Of a stretch of 32,521 bases of DNA, positions 1 to 9,894 are shown in pieces. The notes below the pieces were generated by a model, which had not been told where the DNA came from, did not search any database, and was given only the letters and a program-made list of their open reading frames with translations. Source of the DNA: Octopus bimaculoides. Lineage: Eukaryota. The stretch is taken from assembly GCF_001194135.2 (NCBI RefSeq), contig NC_068997.1, forward strand, positions 18,986,992 through 19,019,512, written 5' to 3'. The position numbers were made by a program, and so were the translations under genes. Position 1 is the first letter of the stretch; the number at the start of each line of letters is the position of its first letter.

Positions 1-35
1 TATATATATATATATATATATATATACTTATGTGT

Positions 36-96
<61 letters not shown>
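1..96. repeat. (TA)n and (TAGA)n microsatellites
   Basis: Direct reading. Confidence 0.95.
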
Positions 97-835
97 CACA
101 CACATATTTATAAGTATGTGTGTATATGTGTGTGCGTGCGTGCGTGCATGTGAGTAAGTATATATCTATATAAGCATGTTTGCGTGTAAGCATTTGTTGC
201 TTATCCATTATTGTATAAGAGTCCTGTGTCTGTTCGTGTGTGTTTTCCGGTAACATAAGTAACTACGTAAGTGGAAAGGTATTCAGTTCAGGGTGACTGC
301 TTGAACGGGTTGATGGTTTTTGAATTGATAATGCAGGGCGCTGCTGATAGGATCAAATGCTTTATTGAAAGAACAGCGACTGACGTACTTCTTAAGTATC
401 CTTTGTTCGTTAAAATATTTAAAGGTCTATAAATGTTTAGTAAGGATTCCAAGTTATAATATAAACAATAATAAACTACTAGAACCTACATAGTAGAGGT
501 AATAGAAGTTTGTCTAGCGGAATTAGCGGAATTCTGGTTTAAGTTCCCCATAACACCCCCATATAACACCTCATAAATTTTTAACTTTATGGAATTTTTA
601 GAAAATTTTCGCGAATTTGTGTTCTACATTCGGGAATTCATACGATTATTCAAAAGAAAAAAAAGTCCTTTTTTTTCTTTTCTTGTGTGTGATTTAAGGG
701 CGATTTGGTTGTTGATTTTAGCACATCTCACGACCACCAGATATCTTACTCGTTTCTTTGTCGATGCACTCAGGGGTGGTTATTGTGGGATTTAAGTAAA
801 AAAAAAATCTGGACTGTCTGTATTTTAAACACTGA

Positions 836-997
836 GACGTAGGAGTGGACGTGTGGTAAGAAGCTTGCCTCCCAACTACATGGTTTCAGGTCCAGTCCCG
901 CTGCGTGGCACCTTGGGCAAGTGTCTTCTGCTATAGCCTCGGGCCGACCAAAGCTTTGTGAGTGGATATGGTAGACGGAAACTGAAAGAAGCCCGTC

Positions 998-1000
<3 letters not shown>
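836..1000 (+). mobile_element. tRNA-derived SINE family A, 5' half
   Basis: GACGTAGGAGTGG...CCTTGGGCAAGTGTCTTC...GTAGACGGAAACTGAAAGAAGCCCGTCG; homologous to 7416, 24173 and 27969. Confidence 0.85.
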
Positions 1001-1032
<32 letters not shown>

Positions 1033-1072
1033 GGCCATGACGAAGGGAAATAGCCCTGAAACTCGAGTCGCC
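1033..1072 (+). ncRNA. Minimal type I hammerhead-like motif (variant core)
   Basis: GGC CAUGACGA AGGG AAAUAG CCCU GAAA C UCGA G UC GCC: stems I, II and III all pair, GUC triplet, palindromic stem III (ACUCGAGU); one extra A in the CUGANGA box. Confidence 0.55.
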
Positions 1073-1316
1073 TTTATATATATATATTTATATTTATATA
1101 TTTATATATTTGATCCTTTATATTGAACACTCAATATTTCATCTACATTCAATACTTTCTTTCATGGTGCCATCCATTTTTATGTTATTTTATTTTATAT
1201 TGTATATTGTATATCATATTATATATTGTATATTCCATATTCTATACCCCACATTAGTTCTGCAGGAATATAAATAAAACATAAAAAACAGACAGTGTTG
1301 GAACTCTTTTAAGCAA

Positions 1317-1359
<43 letters not shown>

Positions 1360-2270
1360 CAAATATACATGTACATACATATACATATATATGTATACAC
1401 ATACATACATATATATATATATATATACACGTTTAAATAAACACACATACAGGTGTGTGTGTGTGTGTGTGTTGTGTGTGTGTGTGTGTGTGCTAGTGTT
1501 ATTTCGTCTAATTCTAAAGACATTTTCAAACTCCCTCGGCTCCTGTTCGTTATAACAAACAGTGAGACCTTTTTCTTCCAACAGTCGAATATGTAAATTC
1601 TAATGTTCCGTAACTAAGTGTTAGTTACAAACACCGTGGGAGGCAGGCCCTGTCCTCTTCACCAACACACAGCAAAGGCGACCACAGTTAAAAAGAAATT
1701 TATAGGAAAACTCCTAGTTTTCTGAGACTAAATGCTGAAAATATAGTCTACCCAAGCATGTACAATAACAAAATGACTTGCTTTTTCTCTCGAGCATTTC
1801 ACTGCCCTGTATACTCTCTTTTACTCTTTTACTAGTTTTATCTCGAGGGTCATGGCCAAGCTGGGGCACTGCCAATGTCATATAACTAATATAACTCAGT
1901 GAATGCGTGTCGATGGCAAGGCTACAGTTGGTCGGCAAAACTTCTGGTAACCCGAGATATTATTAATAAACGGTGAATTTAACAGTTTATGTGTTTTGCT
2001 TCAATGGCTAAAATGTTTCTTCCACGATGTAATTAATTCAGTTTCAAGACATGGCTTCAGGTCCGATCAATGATATTGTTTGATGAACGATTGAATCCAT
2101 CTATCGAAACGATATTCGAAAGTGTTTTTTTCCCTCCCACATTGACATTAAGTTTCGAAACGGAAATGCGTCAAGGCATGGGAGAAATCACTCTCAGTAA
2201 AATAGCCCAATCTTGGAGCGGAATGTGGCGGGAGGGGGAATGCTAAAGTTCGTGGGATCTTTCTTTAGAC

Positions 2271-2370
2271 CAGTGATTCTCAACCAGGGTACATATGACC
2301 CTTGGGGATCCATATAAGACTCTGTTGCTAAAATTCATGTGTCATAAATTGGTCATACTTCTACAATATA
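2271..2370 (+). mobile_element. hAT/Charlie-like MITE left end
   Basis: CAGTGATTCTCAACC preceded by CTTTAGAC; internal sequence resembles the 3955 and 27753 elements. Confidence 0.6.
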
Positions 2371-3429
2371 CAGCGACATGTTCACCGGCTCCAACCCTGC
2401 TTCTTTGGCTGCAATACCGGGGATCAGTTTTGAAGTCCGTAACACAGAAGAGATATAAATAAATAAATACAGGAGCCTAACCGGCCACTATCAGGTTATG
2501 CCGGTCGGTGACCGTCGAGACTTTAATTATTCTCGAACCCCACACTATCGATTTCATCCGTAAAATCTAGATAACAGCTGCCCGTCTGAGAAACGAACCC
2601 CACGAGGTAGGGTGGCTGCTACGAATTTCGCTGACCATTCTCTGCGGCAACGCCATCGCAATGTATGGACATTTTGTGATGGCGGCTTCTGTTTTTTTGT
2701 TTTGTTTTTTTTTTCGGCAGCGGGGTTCAAATTCATGCAGTAGCAATCTATTCACTCGTTAATAGACTTGCCTCTATGTGTGGTTTCAATTTCTTTGCAA
2801 TTAGCTCATACACTACGGAAATATTTTCACTAATATGTCTTCTGGAAATAGATTGTTGTTTGCATTAAGATTCTTTTAAAAGTGCTAGCTTGTCTAAATA
2901 CAATGTTACCATTTAAACCGCCATATTTCTTTTGCTTGGTCAAATAATGGCGTTCAAGATTCTACTTTTCAAATCTTTATAAATAAGCTACGCACGCACG
3001 CATACACAACACACACACACATTTTTCATTTACTTCTATGGAAAGGTATCTATCTGTCCATTTATCTTCGAACAAAGAATTATCGCCAAAAAAAAAGAAA
3101 AAAAAAACTCCTTTTCTTTTACTTGCATTGCAAGAAGAGTTATTTTTATGTATCTTACATTTCATTAAAATCTAGGTGTTGGTCTTAGTATCACACACAC
3201 ACACACACACACACACACTGACAGAATAGACGATTGACAACGCATTTTTTTCATTGGCCCTTTTCACACGACCATATATAGACTGCATTATTTTCATTGA
3301 CACTTTTGATTTGACTCAATATAACCTATTCACGTAAATACAGAGATTTATATCGTATATGTCTGGTCACATTTGGGACGCTCTTAAAACGATTTGACGG
3401 TCATGGTTGGAACTCTCCTAAAATGGGTT

Positions 3430-3800
3430 ATCATATCTGGGATGTTGGTGGCGCTTTCCACAAATAAGTTCGCCATATAGCATCCGCTTAGGGAATCCTC
3501 CGATCGCTCATCCGAGTAAGGCATCTACTCGAGCAGCGCTCTCGGCCGTTCTTGCTCCTTGGATGATGAAATATCTCTTAAGGCTTCAGAAGGCAACTGA
3601 TTCCTTCACAGCTCTTGAGTCTCGTATTTGGGATGCTTTTAACACTTTTCGAAGATGTGACATCAAGAATGTAACTGGAGGGATAGCGATAAGTACAGTC
3701 CGCCCTGGTGGGGGGAGGGCACCTTCATGGGAATGGTACTTTTCGGTTTGCTGTATAAGTTTGTATACTTTGCCACCCTGTAAGCGGGGAGAAAACTCAA
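3430..3800 (-). pseudogene. RTE-clade LINE ORF remnant (region C-terminal to RT)
   Basis: Frameshifted translation KVYK...FLMSHLRKVLK...RMSDRRIP-KRMLYGELICGKRH resembles RTE motifs (CLRKIL; RMxDxRxPKxxLYGEL). Confidence 0.75.
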
Positions 3801-3954
3801 GCCTACTCCGAGCTGCACACGTTCTAGCTACGTCACTGCGTGCCATGTGAAAAGAGACAATGAAAAATAAATGACACATGAATCGTCTGCCATAGAAGGT
3901 AGCAACCTAAAAGAAGGCCAAAATGTTAAATACCTACTTCGTTTCCCTCTAGAT

Positions 3955-4020
3955 CAGGGGTTCTCAATTAACGCCACATGGCCCTTGAGGTTCCATATCA
4001 GATTTTCTTGTTAAAACTTA
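3955..4020 (+). mobile_element. hAT/Charlie-like MITE left end
   Basis: CTCTAGAT followed by CAGGGGTTCTCAA; interrupted by a SINE at about 4024. Confidence 0.6.
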
Positions 4021-4023
4021 TAC

Positions 4024-4165
4024 ACTCTTTTACTCGTTTCAGTCATTTGACTGTGGCCATGCTGGAGCACCACCTTTAGTCGAGAAAATCGACCCCAGGA
4101 CGTAAACACACCAATACCGGCTGTGAAGCAGTAATGGGGAGACAAACACAGATACGATGACACCC
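4024..4165 (-). mobile_element. SINE family A, 3' part, runs into gap
   Basis: ACTCTTTTACTCGTTTCAGTCATTTGACTGTGGCCATGCTGGAGCACC matches the 3' ends of the 24173 and 27969 copies. Confidence 0.85.
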
Positions 4166-4426
4166 NNNNNNNNNNNNNNNNNNNNNNNNNNNNNNNNNNN
4201 NNNNNNNNNNNNNNNNNNNNNNNNNNNNNNNNNNNNNNNNNNNNNNNNNNNNNNNNNNNNNNNNNNNNNNNNNNNNNNNNNNNNNNNNNNNNNNNNNNNN
4301 NNNNNNNNNNNNNNNNNNNNNNNNNNNNNNNNNNNNNNNNNNNNNNNNNNNNNNNNNNNNNNNNNNNNNNNNNNNNNNNNNNNNNNNNNNNNNNNNNNNN
4401 NNNNNNNNNNNNNNNNNNNNNNNNNN
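4166..4426. other. Assembly gap
   Basis: Run of N. Confidence 1.
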
Positions 4427-4701
4427 TGTCAGATTATGTGATTGAGAATCGAACTTATAAACCACAAAACCGTGCCTGCTCCTATAAATAATTTTAGAAA
4501 ATGAAATTTAAATTAGAAAACAAAATTTGTGAAAGTATTTTATTATCAATTACGTTTTTTTTAAAAAAAAAATGGAGAAAATAATTGTATAAAATAGAAA
4601 ACGTGAAAGAAAAATAGACAAAAACAAAAACTACTGGTAGTTTTCTGTTTTTCTTGGATGGATCACCTGTTGTCAATTAATAATAATAATGATAATAATG
4701 A

Positions 4702-5125
4702 TTTCAAATTTTGGTACAAGACCAATAATTTTAGTGGAGGGCTAAGTCAATTACATGAACCCCACCAGGGATGAAAATTAGAGTCGACCTCGGTGGAATT
4801 TGAACTTAGGACATAAAGACATGAAATGCTGCTAGGCATATTGCCCAGCATGGTAACAATTCTGTCAGCTCACCACCTTACTACTACTACTACTACTACT
4901 CATAATAATAATAATAATAATAATAACAATCCTTTCGGCTACAGGCATAAGGCCTAAAATTTTGTGGGGAAGGGAGCTTGTTGATTACATCCACCCATGC
5001 TAAACTATTTTATTGACCCCACCCGCCAAAAAGTGGAAAGGCAAAGCTGACCATGGCAGAATTTGAACTCAGAATGTAAAGCATTTTGTCCAGTGTGCTA
5101 ACAATTTTGCCAGCTCACTGCCTTC

Positions 5126-5173
<48 letters not shown>

Positions 5174-5935
5174 TTTTTAAAAAAGGATTGACAATAATAA
5201 TAATAGTTTCTAACTTAAGCACAAGACGAGCAGTGTAGAAGATTAGTTGATGACACTGACTTCTGTACTTAGCAGGTAATTTATTTTATCGACCCTGAAA
5301 GGATGAAAGGTAAAATAAACTTTGACAGGATTTGAACTCAGAATTTAAAGGGCCAGAAAAAATACCACAAGGCACTTTTATCTAATACTTTAAACAGTTC
5401 TTCCAAATCACTGCCCTACACTAATGATTAAAACTACCATTGGTTTCTGTTTTAAGCACAAGGAACAAACATTTTTGGTGTAAGTGTACAGCCATCCTAT
5501 TCAACACCCCCTGGGATTCAACTGGTATAAACTTCATCAAACTTAGAAAGGTGAAAAGTAAAGATAATGCTTGTATTTGACTAGTGCTTTATTTTATTGA
5601 TCCCTGAATGATGAAAGGCAAAGATGATCTCAGTTTGGATTTGAACCTGAACTACGAAGAAACATGACTAAATATACAAAATATAAGACTATATTGTTTT
5701 TAACCCCCAGTGCTCTTAGTGGTTGTTATTTTATCAAACTTGGAAGGGTGGAAAATAAAAAAAACGACACTAGTAGGATCTGAACTTGGAATAGCATAAC
5801 TAAATACCACAAGGTGTTTTCTCTAACATTCTCTAACAGTATATCAAATAGATAATGGTTTCATAGACAGACACAAAGCTAGAAGTTTTATGGTATGTAT
5901 CAGCCGATTAAATTGATCCCAAGGCTTGACCAACG
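4702..5935 (-). mobile_element. Cluster of about 5-6 same-orientation SINE family B copies separated by (TAA)n/(TAC)n
   Basis: Repeated GACCC..AAAGGATGAAAGGCAAAG..GGAATTTGAACTCAGAA blocks near 4770, 5030, 5295, 5605 and degraded copies. Confidence 0.8.
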
Positions 5936-6120
5936 CTTTATGTGCCATATCTGCCAAAGAAGAAGAGAGAAAAAGAAAAAAAACAGGACAAGTAAGAAAA
6001 ATTACAAAAAAAAAAAAAGAAATATATAGATAAAAAGTAATTTGTTTAGGCTATGTAGGGATCTAGGAGGGGATTCCTTGTAATATGGTAAAGGCACTGC
6101 ACAGTTTATATGCAGGACAG

Positions 6121-6294
6121 CTAATAAATTGACATATTAGTGCCTTGCATTGAGCTTATTCTGTTGGAGCTATCAAAAGTAGTATGCTTATCATCTTCTT
6201 CAATGTCATCCTCGTCGTCGTCGTCGTCATCATCGTCATCTTCATCGTCATCATCATCATCATCATCGTCGTCGTCATCAACATCCTCAAATGT
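6121..6294 (-). CDS. CIBAR1: CIBAR1/FAM92 terminal coding exon with poly-Asp tail (TFEDV-D12-E-D9-EDDIEEDDKHTTFDSSNRISSMQGTNMSIY*)
   Basis: ctttttttgtag|ACA in phase 0 after exon 9; open frame to TAG at 6123-6121; an acidic C-terminus is also present in vertebrate FAM92A as recalled. Confidence 0.8.
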   Translation of the reverse strand, partial: TFEDVDDDDDDDDDDDDEDDDDDDDDDEDDIEEDDKHTTFDSSNRISSMQGTNMSIY

Positions 6295-6379
6295 CTACAA
6301 AAAAAGAAAGAGGAAAAAGTATAAGAAAAACTATACAAATATATATATATATATATAATTGTTGTCCATCACAGGGTCC

Positions 6380-6715
6380 AGTCCTTACTGTGGTGGCTTG
6401 TGTGACTTGCGGCCCTGAGAGCTAGGTCAATGCTGCTTTCCATGCTGCACAGGTCAAAGTATAGAGGCCACTTCTTCCCAGAGGTCAAAAATGGGTCTAC
6501 ACGTTTACATAGGGCCAAGACCCCTACCTACAAAACAGCAAAGCTACGAAAGCATGGATGATAATTCAAAACCAACAAGGTCTGAAAGCTATACCAGAGG
6601 AGGGCAAGCTCCAGGTAGAGTTTCCTATGTAGGACAGGTTAAAGGATAGAGGTCAGACTAATATGGACGTCTCTTCCAAGAGGTAAAAAATGGTTTTGCA
6701 TAGGGTCAAGCTTCC
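6380..6715 (+). mobile_element. Possible RTE-type LINE 5' UTR remnant with internal duplication
   Basis: GGCTTGTGTG..CCCTGAGAGCTA..CCATGC..CAGGTCAAAG..TAGAGGCCA resembles RTE/Expander 5' ends from memory; 6450-6519 recurs at 6635-6710. Confidence 0.4.
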
Positions 6716-6733
6716 TGTAGCTGGTTGTCGATA

Positions 6734-6874
6734 CAATCTGCACCCAACAAATATTGCAAGCAGGAGAGGATGGGCAAAATAGCCCAAAACCAGTTGGTCA
6801 GCTGGTCTTGTCAAGTCACTAGAAGATGGCAAGGGTTCGTTCCCTTACTTGCAATATATATTGGGTGCAGATTG
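6734..6874. repeat. 141-bp element with 27-bp inverted repeats
   Basis: CAATCTGCACCCAACAAATATTGCAAG versus CTTGCAATATATATTGGGTGCAGATTG, 25/27 complementary. Confidence 0.8.
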
Positions 6875-7096
6875 CATTGATTACCAGCTGGAGGAGGTTC
6901 CTCCTGGGGTTAAAAACAGTAGTAACATCAGTTCCAGCGGGACAGCCATGTACAATGTACAAGTAGTGATAAACATTACTTCTCAGTATAGGCACTACTT
7001 TCATCTCTTATAGAGATTTTCTAACTAGCTACTTCGCTTGATATCAATAAGGTTTCACCGAAAATAAAAATTTGAAGAAATTTCCCTGCTACATAC

Positions 7097-7240
7097 CATT
7101 ACTGAAGACATAGTCTGCGGAATTTTGCCAAGTGAGCTACTGTCTGGCTTTGACATGCGAGGTGAGCTTTCTATCGATGCTTTCTGAGCTATTTCCATTC
7201 GAGATATGAAAGTTGGTGGATGTATGTGTTTCCGAAATTC
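7097..7240 (-). CDS. CIBAR1: CIBAR1/FAM92 coding exon 9 (EFRKHIHPPTFISRMEIAQKASIESSPRMSKPDSSSLGKIPQTMSSVM)
   Basis: 144 nt, ttttttatag|GAA...ATG|gtatgt; N-terminal part resembles VFRNSLYAPDYSSRLDIV as recalled. Confidence 0.88.
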
Positions 7241-7415
7241 CTATAAAAAAGTTGCATTAAGTTAAAAGTGAAGGAAGAGGCAAAAAAAAAGAGAAGCATA
7301 CACAAACACACATGCAATCATTTGACTTGCTAGAAACAGCAGCAAAACCTATTTTCAATCACACCACATCTTCTTCCGAAACTAATGGCCACATTGGACA
7401 ATGGAATTCTAGATA

Positions 7416-7797
7416 GGCATAGGCATTGCTGTGTAGTTAAGAAACTCATTTTGCAACCATGTGGTTTGGGGTTCAGTCCTACTGCATACCACCTTGGACA
7501 AGTGTCTTCTACTATAGCCCCTGGCTGAACAATGTGAGTGAATTTGGTAGTCAGAAACTGTACGGAAGCCCATCGTGTGTGTGTGTGTGTGTGTGTCTTT
7601 GTGTTTGTCTCTACTACCACCACCACTGCTTGACGACCAGTATTCAATTGTTTACATCCCCGTAGCTTAGTGGCTTGGCAAACAAGTACCAGACTTCAAA
7701 ACTAAAATAGATGCAGGAATTAATTTGTTTGACTAAACGCATCAAGGTAATGCCCCAGCATGGTCTCAGCCCAGTGACTGAAACAAGTAAAAGAAAT
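7416..7797 (+). mobile_element. SINE family A, full length but diverged
   Basis: tRNA-like head, CCTTGGACAAGTG core, internal (GT)n, 3' GACTGAAACAAGTAAAAG. Confidence 0.85.
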
Positions 7798-8105
7798 AAG
7801 ATATGTGGAACAATGTGATGGCCATGGTTGGAAAGCCTGTGATGATAAGTCTGTCAGGGTTGACTCATGGGGCTAAACAACAACATAACAGGAACAGACT
7901 GGGCTGTGGACCAACTGCAACATGGTCAAAATAGGTACAGAGATAAAGATGGTGGCAAGTGCCAAGGCAGACCAGGAAGTACATAACAACATAAGTAATA
8001 TGGGCAGTCGATCTGCCAAATTGTTGACTGGTCCAAAGAAATTATGCTTCCATTAGTTTTCATTTACATTGCTAATATTATCTGTCTAAGGCAGAAGCAA
8101 ACTTT

Positions 8106-8322
8106 TTTTTCTACTCTAGGCACAAGGCCAGAAATTTTGGGGGAGTGGGGGGGCGTTGATTAGATCGACCCCAGTCCGCAACTGGCACTTAATTTATCGA
8201 CCCCGAAAGGATGAAAGGCAAAGTCAACTTCAGTGGAATTTGAACTCAGAACATAAAGACAGACGAAATACCGCTAAGCATTTCGCCCACCGTGCTAACG
8301 TTTCTGCAAGTTCACCACCTAA
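8106..8322 (-). mobile_element. SINE family B
   Basis: GATCGACCCCAG..ATCGACCCCGAAAGGATGAAAGGCAAAGTC..GAATTTGAACTCAGAAC. Confidence 0.85.
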
Positions 8323-8342
8323 GAAAGCAAACTTCTTACCAC

Positions 8343-8545
8343 ACAGCCATGCCTACACCTATGTAAATCAATCCTGGAACGACAGGCTCTGGTACAGTTG
8401 GGGCAAATATGTAGGCTTTGGTCGAATGAGGGTTGTGACAATAATTCATTCCTTCTTTTGTGTTTCTCATCTGCCACAGCTGCTCTGGCCTTCTCAAAGT
8501 TGCTTGCAGCATTCTGGATGCAGTCTTGCCACAAATCTCAACCAT
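8343..8545 (-). pseudogene. RTE-clade LINE ORF C-terminal remnant
   Basis: WQDCIQNAASNFEKARAAVADEKHKRRNE...CPNCTRACRSRIDL resembles the RTE terminal CPxCxRxCxSRIGL motif. Confidence 0.8.
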
Positions 8546-8743
8546 GTCAAAGATAAATGGTTAGACTCTCCAAGTGCAGAGAGACAAAACAAAAACTCAC
8601 AAGCTATTCTATCCAACATCCCAATCAATGCCACCTTCTACCAATTTTCCATTTTCACGACAACATAAAACAATATATACATATATATATATACACACAT
8701 ATATATATAAGTGTTTATTGTATAGAACAAACAAGGGTCTTAC

Positions 8744-8857
8744 ATCAAGATCGTCTTCCACATTGATATCTGAGAGATTCTGGAAACAAATGGTGTATAA
8801 TTCTAAAGCTTTGCAGTGGAACGTCATCTCTGTTCGTACAAAATTCAATAAAACTTT
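8744..8857 (-). CDS. CIBAR1: CIBAR1/FAM92 coding exon 8 (KVLLNFVRTEMTFHCKALELYTICFQNLSDINVEDDLD)
   Basis: 114 nt, tttctttgtag|AAA...GAT|gtaaga; EMxFHxKALExYT motif. Confidence 0.95.
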
Positions 8858-9311
8858 CTACAAAGAAAATAAATACATACAAATATAAACACAAAATTAA
8901 AATATTTCTTTCTTTTTCTCTTTTTTTTTTTTTGTTTTGATTAATCTCATCTCATCTTTAAAGATGAAAGATATTTTCATTGTTTACATCAACAAGGTAC
9001 TACTACAGAAACTCAACCAACAAAACATGATGCAATGTGCATTGAGGAAAAGGTACTGACAGAAATTGGGATCAGTGTGCATATGTGTGTGTGTATATTA
9101 TATATTCATATATATATATATACACACACACAATCATCAGTCAATTTTTCATCTGATGATCATTTTGTCATGAAACTTGAGTTGCAAGAATGAAATTCAG
9201 TTTGAATAAACTGTACACACTACACTATGTATTTGTTACACTCTTCTTCATTCATTCACTCACTAAACATTTGAACACACACACACGACAGTGTTTTTCT
9301 TCTTTGCTTAC

Positions 9312-9416
9312 CTTCATATCAGTCAGCTTTTGCAACTCAAATGCATCCATTTCTTTCTCCAGCACTTTACTGCACCGGGTGGCCTCAACACTTGCTTTCG
9401 CATAGTCTGATTTGGC
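9312..9416 (-). CDS. CIBAR1: CIBAR1/FAM92 coding exon 7 (AKSDYAKASVEATRCSKVLEKEMDAFELQKLTDMK)
   Basis: 105 nt, ctctccttcacttgtag|GCC...AAG|gtaagc; aligns to [35 protein letters not shown] as recalled. Confidence 0.93.
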
Positions 9417-9715
9417 CTACAAGTGAAGGAGAGAAGACACATGTTAACCAACATCAGACAACATCAGTTTAGTGGCTTTATTCAAAGTGCACAGGTAACG
9501 GGTTAGTAAGGGCACATCTCAAACTCTTTAGATGTTTTTGTTACAGGTATTATTGTTTACACCCAGGTGAGTCCTAGGCAATCATAATTATGGCGAAAAG
9601 TAATCCAATGTTGTCCATCTTGTCTTTTTTTTTTTTCTCAGACACAATATCAAGGACTACATTATCCAATAAGTTCACCATAAGGTGATAGGGTGTGCTT
9701 TCAGGCAGATTAAGC

Positions 9716-9894
9716 TGCTGAAAAGTTCCTGGCTTTAAGGGTGTCATGAGAGGCCTAGTTGGAGGCCCAACCTCCTGAATTCTTTTACAGGGCTTAGAAA
9801 AACTGAAGGACCAGGGAATATGTTGAATAAAATAATTAACTGATCCTCCTGTATTTTCTTTTACCCAAAGCCAGGAACTTTACAGCACCCCCTC

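Noticed and set aside
276-437. Plus-strand open frame VERYSVQGDCLNGLMVFELIMQGAADRIKCFIERTATDVLLK with a perfect U12 donor string GTATCCTTT at 396-404
   Set aside because: No recognisable homology or partner exon. The opposite strand gives an equally weak RT-like KAFDPI. One 9-mer match is plausible by chance in this window. A TBLASTN or RNA-seq hit would reopen it.
1309-1615. Minus-strand protein-like frame NLHIRLLEEKGLTVCYNEQEPREFENVFRIRRNN
   Set aside because: No convincing donor, runs into (AC)n/(TA)n repeats, and no family recognised.
2076-2130. TTGATGA...ATCGAAAC hammerhead-like string
   Set aside because: Stems I and III do not form and stem II is out of register.
6140-6358. Poly-Ser ORF (+) and Met/Thr-rich ORF (-) in the track
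   Set aside because: Alternative frames of the poly-Asp terminal exon.
7055-7096. Read-through of exon 9 giving VCSREISSNFYFR* as the true C-terminus
   Set aside because: A strong gtatgt donor and an in-phase acidic terminal exon explain the data better; it could exist as a minor intron-retention isoform.
3430-8545. The two RTE fragments as one interrupted element
   Set aside because: On the minus strand the C-terminal piece (8343-8545) lies upstream of the more N-terminal piece (3430-3800), so they are not collinear.
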